Assembly: GCA_000826855.1 (NCBI GenBank)
Contig: JTLS01000028.1
Span: forward strand, 1-41,495
From: Basidioascus undulatus
Lineage: Eukaryota
Length of the DNA stretch: 41,495 nucleotides
Direction of reading: 5' to 3'
The position numbers were made by a program, and so were the translations under genes. The notes beneath the pieces are model-generated. The model searched no databases. It was not told where the DNA came from and worked only from the letters and a program-made list of their open reading frames with translations. Below, piece after piece: positions 11,651-24,280 of the stretch. Every line of letters starts with the position of its first letter. Within the stretch, counting starts at the first letter, position 1.

Positions 11651-13944
11651 ATGTCTCTCCTCGGGGCGTCAGCGTCCACATCGGCGCCCGCCTCGTCCTC
11701 ATCTCTGTTCACCTTCGCGCGCTCCGACGGCGACCCAGAGCAGACGAGCATCAAGCAGCTCAACATGGACCCTACGCCGGACGCGAGCAAATTCGTCAAC
11801 TTTCACGTGCGCATCGCTGTCGGCAGCAAGCAGGACGAGGCGATGAGGGCTAAGATCGGGGCGGGCATCGCGGAGCTGATGGGGAAGGGGGACACGAGTG
11901 AGTCTGGACGACGCCTCGAACGAGGCGAGTTTGGAGGTTTGGTCCATATTGTAAGCTGGACTGTGTTGGAAGCACGCGTCTTTGTGCCGGAAACTGTGCA
12001 TACATCTTTTGATGACAGACTGTCGGTGCGACGCAAGGATGCCACTGACCTTCAATCTGCGCGCCGTTTCACGCAGAACGTACCAAGTACACGATTGCAA
12101 ATTGGCCGGAGGTCAGTCAGAGAGAGACTGGAAAAGGCTTTGTAATCTCTCTTACTGACGGCCGGAGGGTATCCCAGCACTACTTGTTTCTGGAGCACAA
12201 CAAAGGCACGCTTGGGAACGTCCGCAAGGATCGTTACATCTACGGTAGGCGCACATCCCCGTTTTCTGGGCTTCACTAGTAGCAATGCTGAAGTCAATAA
12301 AACAGGTTCGAAGAACGTCAAGCAGTTCCGCTCTGCTCTGGAAATCATTCCGCATCTATGCAACTCCCCTTGCACTCGCCCGCAGCCGCTGCATTCGCTT
12401 ACTCGACCGCACTGTTTCTTGCAGACTGGCTTCTCACCGACGAGAGCCTCCACCACGCTTCCAACTGCAAGTGTCAATACGCGGGCAAGTACTCTCGCGG
12501 CGGCAAGTCCAACACCGCAGCGAGCACCGCCGCGCCTTTCAAGAAGCGCAAGCGGCGCGCCTCCGGCTGCAGCGAGCCCGAGCAGGAGATCGCGCGTGGG
12601 CGGGACGGCGACGTCCGCCTTACGCGGCGGTATAGGGACGGCGAGGTCGTATGGGCCGCGGTCAAGCCTATACAAGGCGAAAACGGGCAGATCTATTTCT
12701 GGCCGGCACGAGTCCTGGGCACCGAGTTCAAGGTGCACACGACGCCCGCGACCGAGACCGAGCCGTTCATGACCGTCCAGCACTACGTCTACGACGTCAA
12801 GCTTCTCGCAACTGGATCAATAGCCAAGCGGCTTCAGACTGAGCTCATCCGTGCGTCGCGCATCCGCTCCGTCTCCATTTTTCGGTTCGGCTGACCGCTG
12901 CTCTTCGGGCAGCCACCCTTGCTTACAACCCATCCCCTGATCTGTTCGAGATTGTCCCTTTCTCCTTCCCCCGCGACCTCGTCATGCCACCCTACTTCGC
13001 ACCCTCCGCCCCTTCCACCGCGTTCCCTCAGCTGGACAGCCTCAGCCTCGAGGCGGCCATCACCCCGTACGCGTATGCGCTGCAGGTGTCCGCAACGCTG
13101 CAGCAGACCTGGACGCTGACGGACAAATACATTGTCGCCGGTGGCAAAGGCGACGGGTACCAGGGTGTCTGGCTCGGCGCCGAGCGCATCTGGGTCGGAG
13201 ACCTCGTCCGACTGAAACGCGGACGCGAAGCGCTCGCCCCAGGTGTCGACCTGCCCGCGCCGCGCCATGGGGCGGAGGCGCGCACGCTCTTTCTTAAGAT
13301 CGCGCGCATACTGCGCGTCGCGCTCAAGTCCGACTCGGGCAGCAATGCGGCTGTGGACGGCGCCGCAGAGGCGCAATGTCGCGTTCGCGGCGACCTGTAC
13401 GAGCTCGTCCCGTCCTCATCCGAAGTCGTCCCTCCCCCGCCCGCGCACGCCGGTGCTGCGCCTTTACCCCCACCTCCACCCGATCTCGCCTTCTCGCTCG
13501 TCAACAAGCCGGCCACGTCCGTCGAGTTCAACTTCCAGGAGGTCGCGGGCCGGTACTACCCCGGTCTGGTCGGTCACGTGGAGCTCGACAAGCCGATCTC
13601 GCCCGTGCTGCAGAGAGACGCTGAGGCGGACGCAGAGGCGAACGAGAAAGCCAGCCAGCATATGCACGCGCTGTGCGGGGTCGCGCCGGCGCACGACGGT
13701 GTGACCATGCAAGCCATTGAATGGTTCGGGGCGAGGTCGGCGGCGCTGGAGCACTCACAGGTGAGGTTTACTCTAGCTGTCGAGTCTTGCATAAGACGAA
13801 GGCTAATCAACCGGCTGGCATGGGGCTTGCACGGTGCAGTCGCAAGCCGGGGAGGCGATGCGCAATCTGTGGGCGAGCCACAAGGAGGCGTACGAGCTAG
13901 GTGATAATGCTGAAGACGAGAGCGTCGAGGCGCTGATTTTGTAA
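11651..13944 (+). CDS. Cryptic loci regulator 2 (Clr2)-like silencing protein, multi-exon
   Basis: FARSDGD; RKDRYIYG-SKNVKQFRSALEIIPHLYWLL...CKCQY (Clr2 N-terminal domain pattern); YRDGEVVW...FWPARV; YQGVWLGAERIWVGDLVRL and EVAGRYYP (Clr2 C-terminal pattern). Spliced frame stays open to TAA 13942-13944. Confidence 0.8.
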
Positions 13945-14110
13945 CGAAAGGGGTTCGCGAGAACATGCATTGATTGGCCCACATCTGGCGTTGTACTGCT
14001 CGTGGACCTTGGCCAGTGGTCGCTGTAGTCTGCCTTCCTGCCTGACAAACACTTGCAGCCTCGTAGATCTTGTTCATTATCCCTATGCACAGTACCCGCC
14101 CGCCTCTCCT

Positions 14111-15065
<955 letters not shown>

Positions 15066-15347
15066 CTATCGGAGGTGAACTCCCCGACGCAGCCCCCGAC
15101 TGCGAAGACGCTTTCAAGCAACTTTTGAGGCATGCACTCCATTTTCACGGTTGTGCACCAAGGAAATCATCAAGATATGGTTCGTGATTCAGGGCCAAAA
15201 AGGCCATTGTTCCAGCTACGTCATGTTCTGCTACAAGTCGTGTGAGCCGGGCTGCCGGCGTGGTGTCTCCAACAGCTGCGCTATCGAAACGAAACGGGAA
15301 ACGGAAGGAGAAAAAAATCGCCCGAAAACGTCGAGAAAAGGAGTCTA

Positions 15348-17643
15348 TCAATACTTTTCAAGAGGAGCAATGCCCTCAAGTCTGGCCTTGACCTGAAGTG
15401 CAAGACGCTTGCTGAAGAAGCGGCAGAGGGCCAAGTTGCTGCAGATGCGCAGTGTCAGTATCTTCTCTCCATCTCTTTGGAGCTTGCTCGCACTTACCCG
15501 CCCATCATCCACAAGTTCGGGTGCCCAGAAGGCCTCCACCTGTATGAAGAAGAACCGTAAGTGCCTGTCCCATTCCGTGAGGTATCTGCCCGCTTACATG
15601 GTCTTCAGCTCCCCCTCCGCATCGAGACCCCAGACCTCGTTCATACGAGACGCCTCAGGACCGAGGATGCGCTCGGCAGTCGTTTTCCTGTGTAGAAAGG
15701 AACAATAAGTCCGAATACCTCCTGCTATTGTTCATGTCCACTTGCATGTTCTTGTAGCCGGTTGCGAGGACAACGATGTCTGCCTTGATCTCCGTGCCAT
15801 CGGCGAAGACGATGGCGTCCTCCGTGAAGTGGTCTGAAGCAGACAGGATGTCAGAAAAGGGAATAAATATCTTTGTCGATTTGACCGGACGTACCAATCT
15901 CCTGGCCTTGCTTGACCTTGATGTGGCCGTCCGCGATGAGCTTCGAGGCGCCGACGTCGAGGTCTGTCCGAAGCTGTCAGCAACGAGCCACCACTAGGAA
16001 TGTAATGGTTAAAGCCCCCTACAGTAACCTCCACCGCGGTTGAAGTAGAGCATGAGGAAGCCACTGTCGTTGATGCCTGTACAGGTGTGTTAGAACATGC
16101 CCTTGTTGGTATGGCGAATTCGTTGCGGACTTACCGAAGGTGGTCTTGAAACCGGCTTTCGCCAGCCCGTTGAGGGTCTCCCTGTCGAGGTCGGCGATCG
16201 TCTTCGTGACATACTTGTGAAGGACCTCGTGGCAAGGGTTCGGGGTGCTCGAGAAGATAATGTCCGCATCCTGTTTGACAAAACCACAATCAGCATGAAC
16301 ACAAGCAAGCAGAAGCGACCTCTTCTCAAGCGCACCTCGGTCGGGGGACCACCCTCTTCATACAGCCCCTTGAACAGAACGCCGAGGCCGTTCTCGGACG
16401 ACCTGCGGGGAGAAGGAGTCACATCAGTAATGATATCAAGCTTCACACGCACTCAGCGAAAGTAGACTCACATCACATAGGTCGACGAGCGCTGGACGAT
16501 TGTAGTGTCGGCTCTTATGTCCCCAGCATGTTAGCTGCAAGCCCCACCAATACATGGCAGCACAATTGCTTACCCCTGTTCGACGAAGTCGTGGGCAATG
16601 TCATGGCCAGAGTTGCAGCCTGTACCACTTGACAATCAGCATCTGCCTTGTTCGCATGAGCGCAACAAGAGGGATGCAGAAACATACAGCCCACGACGAC
16701 CGCCCTAAAGAGAGTAACGCGTAAGCATGGGGTAAAGAGCTAGACATTGCCAGTGAATGTCAGAATGCTTACTTCTTGCCCTTGAACTCGCCGCCCGTCG
16801 TATGCTGGCTCGAGTGTACGAGTTTGCCCTTGAACTTCTCCTGGCCAGGGAAAGTTGGGATGTTGGGCTCGCCGGAGTGCCCAGTCGCCATGATAACATG
16901 CTTGGGCTTCACAGTGCGCTCCTCGCCGCCTGGACGGACGAGCGTGACGGTCCAGTGATACCCGCTGCAGGGTCGAAGTCTGGGCAATTTTGTGACGAGA
17001 GTCGCTCGTCAGTGGAAGCTGTGATGCGGAGAGCATACCTAGGACTCAGCGGTGGTTTCCATCCAGACGTTTAGCTCCATGGAGGCAGCCTTGGGGAAGG
17101 CATCCGTTTCAGCACACACACACACACACACACACCACCACTGTTTTCAGAAGAAAGTACCCACGTAAGCCTCAAACCAGTCGCCAAGCTTGTCCTCTGC
17201 GATACAGATAGGATAGAGTTAGGCACTTTCCGAAGGTTCAGATGAGATAACAGTGTCGTACCCGGCCGGTCAGTGAGGCGGGAAAGGGATGTACGGCAGG
17301 TGGTCGTACCATACGGGGTCGTGGAGGACAAAGAGCTCGTAGGGCTTGCGCCAGTTGTCGCCAAATCGCTCATTTTTGCTGTAATACGTAGATTGCAGAT
17401 AAGTTAGCGAGCGAATTCATACTGCAATTCGGAGTGACACACACTCAATGATCAGCGTGTCGACGTCAAGTTGCCCGAGACGAGCGCCCATAGTCAGTCC
17501 GCCCTGACCTGCCCCAATGACGAGGAACTAAGAAGGTGCCAAGAGCTCCTGTAAGCAACAGACTGTGCCTGATGTCACCTTGAACGGACCTCAGGCTCGG
17601 AGTCCAAGAAGTCCTGCTTGGCAGCACGCCGGGGTTTCCAGCT
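15348..17643 (-). pseudogene. Flavin-containing monooxygenase, C-terminal part (FAD/NADPH domains), degenerate
   Basis: FLVIGAGQGGL, GDNWRKPY...LHDPVWYDHLPY, HVIMATGHSGEP, FKGKLVHSSQH, VVVG-CNSGHDIA, VQRSSTYVM, DIVVLATGY, FFSKRLALQVKA. In-frame TGA 17272-17270 at the expected Trp of PFPxxWP; frame disruption near 16960-17040. The N-terminus is absent on this strand. Confidence 0.85.
17112..17136. repeat. (AC)n microsatellite inside an intron of the monooxygenase pseudogene
   Basis: gcacacacacacacacacacacacc. Confidence 0.9.
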
Positions 17644-17849
17644 CTGGCATGAAGCGACTGCGAGGAGCGACCCGAGCTTTCCCGGATGTAACAGATTGCG
17701 TCGCGAAGGAGGTTGCTCTAGAGATCAGATAAGAGGTATCCCTTGCGAGTGCCGGGCCAGAAGTTTCCGTCTGAACACAACCATCTTCTCCACGCACACA
17801 TCGAATGACCAATATATCGCTGTACCCATTAAATTCTTCCCTATACCAG

Positions 17850-18691
17850 CACGCGGCCTCACACCAGGCTCGTTCTGCACACTGCTGCTCCTCCTCACAC
17901 TCTTTCGGCGCCGCCGTCGCGTCCTACGACGCCAGCCACTCTCAACGCACCGTTCACACAACCATCACTTCAATTTGATCCTACACAATGCTCGGCAGTG
18001 GCTCTTAGGCTTCTCAGAGGCCTGGCTGCTGGCGACACCTTGCAAATCGGCAGCCTGTTCCTCGCCGACGGCTACTGGCGCGACTTGCTTTCGCTGTCTT
18101 GGGACCACTGCACCCTGCAGAACGCCTGTCAAGATCAAGGTCAGTCTTTCTTGATCACTTACCATGCTCATTTCCTCAAAACTCTTGCGCGTCTTTGGGT
18201 AGGCTTACCTCGATGAGGATGCTCGGCTGAAGCACGCTCAGATGTCGGCTGCGCTCGACGGCGACGCTGCCCTGGTCGAGGCTAACGAAGGCGAGTCAAC
18301 AGCTCTCCTCTAATACTGACAGAGATGCGACCGATTACTCACCTTTTCCTTTTGCACAGACTTTACCTGGGTTTAGTCTTTCTTCGTTTTCGAGACCGCA
18401 ATCGGCCGAGGCCGTGGCCTGTTCCGCCTGATGCAGACCAAAGACGGCTCCTGGAAGTGTTTGTAAGTCTTGCGAGGTTTTATTTTACCGTAGAAAGACT
18501 ACTGAAAGAAAAAAACCCTAAAAGCACAAACTTCACCGCCCTGGAGGAGCTCAAAGGCCATGAAGAGAAGCGTGGTGCGGTGCGTAGTCATGCGCTGGTG
18601 TACCGTTACGCTGAGTTCCCGGGGCTCACCAGAGTTATTTTTCGAGCAGGGTCGTCCTCTCGGCGTCAAGCACGAGCAAAACTACGATCCG
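17850..18691 (+). pseudogene. Flavin-containing monooxygenase, N-terminal part on the opposite strand, degenerate
   Basis: ARQWLLGFSEA / SLFLADGYWRDLLSLSWD / FFVFETAIGRGRGLFRL...DGSWK / FTALEELKGHEEKRG / RPLGVKH match the typical N-terminal extension of this fungal FMO family. In-frame TAG 18374-18376 and frameshifts near 17990, 18022 and 18121. Start approximate. Confidence 0.8.
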
Positions 18692-19821
18692 GTGCGACCG
18701 GGTAGTGCCCGTGATCAGCCCAACTAAGCTGAGAAGTAAGCTGCACTTCCGTTCCGAAGTGACCGTCAATCTGGGAGCCTATAGTATAACGGCGTTGGGG
18801 CAGCGGAAGTGCCACAAAACCGTGCCGAAGGCAGGCTGTCTTGCGGTCATGGAAGGAAACGCTGCACAGTTAGTCGTGACTTCACGGGTCGGGATGCCCA
18901 GTAGGAATACGTTGTCTTGAATGAACGTGGCCCGGTGAAAGGGACGGTGAAAAGGTATGGGGTCTGTCCAATTAGCTCCATTCTTACAGAAACCAGGAAG
19001 TATACAGGTCACGTCAGAATCACGCATACAGGCAGAAAACCCTGGCAAGCCGCTCGACGGTACTCTCCAAGTACTCTCACCAGCTTCGGCTGTAGCTCAT
19101 GTGGCTCTGCGAGCCGCTGCATGACTATTGACAGCGAGCGGAGATTACTTTCAATGCCCGCCAACCGCTGGCTTGCGCAGGACGAAAACACCAAGACATC
19201 ACGGTGGTGTGCGGGAGCCCGGTCCGGCCGCCGCCGCGCAGCTGCACAGTGAGTGCAGCGCAAAGAGGTCTGCGGTGTTCATTCGATGCCTCTCAACCCA
19301 AAAAAATGGGTGTTGTTCATCATTAAAAATGTTGGATATCAAAACGACGACGCATTGAAGGGACAAGCAGTCGAACATGACAGCGGGCGAGCCTTCAACC
19401 CCTTTGTTGTGTCAACGACAAAAGACACCTGCCAGTCTTTCTCCGCAGCTGGAGCACCTTTGTTTTTGCAGCTTCCGTCCTCAAGACGCAAGACAAAGAG
19501 ATGTCAGGCTTCCTTTTTTCTATAAGGAGAAAAAGGGAAAGGCTGTCTTACATAATCTTGACTACGCTGAGCGCCCGATGGTACTTAAAACCTCGTGCTG
19601 CTTCAGGCTCTTGAAAGTCCATCGCCCTCGTCTGTTTCCTTTCATCCCATCTCGTTTCTTACCCCTTCGCACCCGCTGGTCGTGCTTTCTTATTCTTATC
19701 TGTTCCACTTCAACCTGTCTCAAAATTGTATTATGCCCCTCTCTTACCCTTTGTCGATCCTTTCATTCTGTGTTCACGTGTGACTGTCGTCGCAGGCACA
19801 CAGTCTCTACGCCGCAACATA

Positions 19822-20694
19822 ATGCCTGCACCGGCCCCGCCCTCTGGAGGGATCCTCCCCACTTTCACTACCTCCCTCAGCAAGAACGCGTCTTTTCTCG
19901 ACCTGCACCCATCACCGCTGATCAGCCCGGTCCACGTCCCGCTCGCGTTCGAGCCCCGCTTTATCCACATGCTCGAGCTGGGCACCTCGCCGCCGACGTC
20001 CCCCCTTTCGCCTCTTCCTCTCAGCCCGCCCACACCCCACTTAGACTCCTCCCGAGCCCAGCGCCGCCGTCGCTCGTCCACGTCCGCCGCGACTCGTCGT
20101 CGTCCCATGCCGCACCAATGCAGCAAAGCCGATGAGCCGCCGCCGCCGCTCCCCAGGCTGCCGAAGCAGTTCCGCCCGCTTCCTTCTCAAGTGAAGCGGG
20201 ACGTGGACCTCTTCTTCGGTGCACTGGGCCGGCCGACCGTGGAATCGCAGACCGGCATGCGGACCGTCTTGAAGGGCGGAAACCCCGCGGGCAGGAAGTG
20301 GATGGATGCGGAGGAGGAGGAGGAGTTTACGTGGCTGCTGTCGAATTGCGTCAAGGACGAGTCCTACTCTGCGGTGATCGACGCTACTTCGCCGACGGTC
20401 CTCTCCCCCACCCTCCCCTATCTCCGCGCCTCGCCCGACCAACCCAAGAAGGTCCGGCCTCGCCCTCCTCCTCTCGACCTCAGCATTCAGCCCCGCCACT
20501 GTCCCCCGCTCCCCCTCGCCATCGCTGTCGAGACACCTCCCCCGTCGTGGTCTACCCTTTCCACCCCCGACTCTCTTGTCACCAACACTTCCTCGCCCAG
20601 CATCCGTACCGCGTCCAAGATCTCCGTCGCCCGCCTCTTCCAGTCCAAGGCTGTTCGGGCTGTTCTCAAGCCGCTCAAGATCGGCCAGCAGTGA
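19822..20694 (+). CDS. Intronless Pro/Ser-rich hypothetical protein (~290 aa)
   Basis: Long open frame with gene-like codon bias, preceded by a CT-rich leader and a TATAA near 19521. No domain recognised. Confidence 0.6.
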   Translation: MPAPAPPSGGILPTFTTSLSKNASFLDLHPSPLISPVHVPLAFEPRFIHMLELGTSPPTSPLSPLPLSPPTPHLDSSRAQRRRRSSTSAATRRRPMPHQCSKADEPPPPLPRLPKQFRPLPSQVKRDVDLFFGALGRPTVESQTGMRTVLKGGNPAGRKWMDAEEEEEFTWLLSNCVKDESYSAVIDATSPTVLSPTLPYLRASPDQPKKVRPRPPPLDLSIQPRHCPPLPLAIAVETPPPSWSTLSTPDSLVTNTSSPSIRTASKISVARLFQSKAVRAVLKPLKIGQQ

Positions 20695-21746
20695 CTTCGT
20701 CGTCGTTTGTTTGTTCAAATACTATAGCCATATTTAATTGCCATGTACATCGCCCCAAAGCACATGCTATGTTCGCCATGCCGCTGCGCTTGTGAGGAGG
20801 CTACACAAACGTGGGCGTACGTAGGAAAAATTACGACTGCCGAGTGCCATCCACACACTTGCTCCTGCGCCACTGACTGAAACTCGCTTTTGTAGACCGT
20901 TTCATTTGACATTCATGGCATTTATTAAGAACCCATCTTCTTTCTCTTTGCAGGTGGGCGTGTCTCGTCCAAGAGGCGGAGACGCCGAACTGGCAGTCTG
21001 TGACGCTGAAAGACGATCTGAGGAATGTCTGCCTCACGTAGCCAGCACCCTTAATAGACATGTAATGTTCTACCTGGAACTTTGAGATCTCAGTGACCAG
21101 GAAACACGAGGAGTCTGGAGTTGACCGTACTGCGCTGGCGGACATCTACCAAACCACGCCTTGAGTGCTGAGAGCGCCATAGGGCTTGTCACTTCTCGCT
21201 GCTTGAATTTAGGGGATCCGCTGCCCTGCTTCGCCAGGCAATGCGCCCCTTGGACAGGAGTTGAGCGCGTTCGCAGAGCCAGTCGAAGTGTGCTACGCAG
21301 GACAGATGCGCGATTCTTGTACTGGCAATCTGTCTGAAGGAAAAACCTTAGGATGAACACTTTTCATTCTCGGCCTGTTGCTTGCCCATGAATGTGCGTG
21401 TCAGGAAATAACAGGTCTATGATACGCCAGAACACACGTACGACTGGGAAGCCGATTGATTTCTGGCGCTCCGCTTGCCGCTTCAGTTGGTGACTGAAAC
21501 TAATCATGCCTCTTCAACTTAACCTCAACAATGATTAATAGCTTTATTTTACTCACCAGTTTTATCCGCGGGGCGTTCCCTGCCAACCGCAGGACTAGTT
21601 TGCCGACTGAACCGGGTCCTCGGCTTTAATGCTCAAACCTTTCGGCACGGGTGTATTCATAATTTGAGATTCGAACTCACGTGCAAAGTCGAAGAAGTTC
21701 GCGTCCTCAACTTGCTCACCACCATATCATCCTCAATTCGCTCACG

Positions 21747-23363
21747 ATGCAGTCCGACGACGTTATCTGGTACTGAAATATTGAATACAGCTGCATAGGT
21801 ATCTGCTGACGGCGGCCACTCCCAGGTCGCTCATCGGCCCCGCGAACTCGCACCAGTTCTGCTCGTACAAGGTCAAGTGCGTACACCTTCCACTTTTCTT
21901 GCAACTGGCTGTTCGCTTAACGCTGGCTCTTTCTGCAGGACCACCACCCAAAACTTCTGCCGGAACGAGTACAATGTTACTGGCTTGTGCAACCGCCAAT
22001 CCTGTCCCCTCGCCAACTCCCGTTATGCCACCGTCCGCGAGCACCAGGGTGCGTGGCTGTCGAACTCCGCCTTCCGCTGGAAGCGTTGCCGCAGACTGCA
22101 GTGGAACTGACGACTGTTCCCGCAGGCGTCCTGTACCTCTACATGAAAACCATCGAGCGAGCCCACACGCCCGCGAAGATGTGGGAGCGGATAAAGCTCT
22201 CGAACAACTACACCAAGGCGCTCGAGCAGGTGCGTGCCACCGCTTCCGTTCTGTCCTGCCGCTGCACAGCTCACTGATACGGGCGGGTAATGTGGCTCTG
22301 GTTATGGAACAGATCGACGCCAACCTCATCTACTGGCCCAACTTCATGATCCACAAATGCAAGCAGCGTGTGACGAAGATCACCCAGTACTTGATCAAGA
22401 TGCGGAGGTTGCGGAGCAAGGAGCAGTGAGTCCTTTCTCCCTATCGCTGCTAGATGTCAGAGAAGGGTCGTTGGAGCCGAGGGGTGGTTGGCTTGCACAC
22501 CTGATGTGCGGCGCATGCTGGACCATTCTGAGATTCCACTACCCCTCGCGCGGATGTTCCCTCGATCCCGGCTTTCTCGTCCCACCCATTTTTTGTCGCC
22601 ATCGCGTGCTCAACGTACCTTTCTTCCCATTTCATAGGGTCAAGCTGGTCGGCATCAAGAAGAAGCTCGACCGACGGGAGGCGACTCGCGAGCGCAAGGC
22701 GCTCTCGGCGGCGCACCTCGAGCGCTCGATCGAGGCCGAGCTCATCGCGCGTCTCAAGTCAAAAGCGTACGGAGACGCGCCGCTCAACGTCAACGAGGAC
22801 GTCTGGCGGAAGGTGCTCGAGGCCGAGCGGGAGGAGCTTGGCGAGGGTGTTGAGGAGGACATGACGGACGAGGACGAGGAGGACGAGGACGAGATTGAGG
22901 ACGAGGAGGAGGAGGAGGAGCGCGAGTTCGTGAGCGGGGAGAGCGACTTCGAGAGCGATGTGGAGGACTTGGAGGACTGGGAAGGCGGCGAGGTGAGTCC
23001 TGCTTTGGGGCTGTGTCGAGTCCAGGACTGGAGAGCTGAAGGCAGGGTTTGGATGGGACAGTTTGCGGAGGACGACTCTGATGCGGCATCAGAATCGGAG
23101 GTGTCGGAGGCCTCCGAGTCTTCTGCGTCGGAGGACGAGGACGCGCCAGGGCCTTCGAAGAAGCGGAAAGCGCCATCGAAGAAGGGTCCAAAGAAGCCTG
23201 CGAAGCGGAGTGCGTCCCCTAACTTCTTGTCTTATTCTCCCCCACTCGGTACGGACGACGTGACTGACTTACGAGAATCGATGTTGCAGGAGGTCCCCAC
23301 GTCGAGGTGGAGTACGAGCAGGAGACGGAGCCGCTTACCAAAGAGGCGCTCATGTCTTGGTGA
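21747..23363 (+). CDS. MAK16: Ribosome biogenesis protein Mak16, multi-exon
   Basis: [95 protein letters not shown], acidic tail, VEVEYEQE. Confidence 0.97.
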
Positions 23364-24280
23364 TGCATGGGATGAGGCTGTTGCCGTGGTCCCCATCTTA
23401 TCGCTTTTGCCGCATAGCCAAGCTGCCATGAGTCTGCTACGCGTTTGCTACCGCAACCTCCGCCCCTTTTTTCCCGCCGCCCACGCGTACTCACGGTGCT
23501 TCTTTCGGTTGATGTTGTGGCACACTATGCGATAGGCTGGATGAGCGTATCTTTCGATGTTCTCACTCATCAATCCGAACCGTCCTGACCAAGTCACCCA
23601 TCATCTCCTCGCCTCGAATCTCGTCTCAACCTGGTGTGGTTGCCCCCCTTTCGCTCGGCTTGACAGCCCTTCACAGCCACTCTGACCTCGTCTCACTGTC
23701 CAGCCGACTAATGTGTGAGTTCGGTAGCCAGTTGAACGTAAGCCTTTTCGAATAATGCATCATGAACTTGGTGGCTGGCGTGCCGGGGCGTTGTTGCATG
23801 TGCGAGTCGCTGACGGCCGGAAATCATTCCTCCCCTGGGATGTCTGGGCAAGAACGCTCTCATACTTAATCCCATAAAGGTAATGCAAGTAAGGGAACAC
23901 AGCGAGATTCGCAATCAACAAAGCAGCCACACAACCATGACAAATTGTGCCCGTCAGTGTCGCCGCCTCGCGACTTGCAGCCGCCAGTCCAAGTAGTGTC
24001 GGCCCAAGCCAACATACATCATAATCTGCCAAATCTGTTTTACTCTCGACTCGATAAAGGCTAAGGTGTTCGGCATAGCAGTGAGCGTAAGGAAGACCAC
24101 TCGGACGGCATCTTTCGGCGATTTGTACCGCTTGACCAAGTCTGCGCGGGCGGCGGAAGGCTTCTGATCCAGGCGCGCGTCGCTTCGAATCCCCCCTCTG
24201 TTCCCGCCCTCATCGCCCTCATCCCCGCTCGCTCGCCCTTACCAGACTTCACTCGAATCACCAACAAATCCCGGCTACAA

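Noticed and set aside
17270..18376. Stop-codon recoding or A-to-I editing rescuing the FMO (TGA at a Trp position)
   Set aside because: The other stop (TAG 18374) sits at a likely Gln position and several frameshifts coexist. Intact genes here use TGG for Trp and TGA as stop.
17660..18710. Recombinase-type inverted repeats flanking the FMO inversion
   Set aside because: Only a weak match (tacatccgg versus tacgatccgg) was found and no recombinase gene is present, so a programmed invertible switch is not supported.
20930..21041. Possible orphan exon after a strong polypyrimidine-CAG acceptor
   Set aside because: The short peptide has no recognisable homology and could be a UTR intron; too weak to call.
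22495..22540. TPP riboswitch in the MAK16 intron (ACCTGAT and CTGAGA present)
   Set aside because: The motifs are in the reverse order relative to the TPP aptamer, the GxAAxxxxAGCG element is absent, and the host gene is unrelated to thiamine.
23540..24200. Small ORFs or an snRNA between MAK16 and BRF1
   Set aside because: No recognisable protein motif and no U1/U2/U6, tRNA or RNase P signature was seen.
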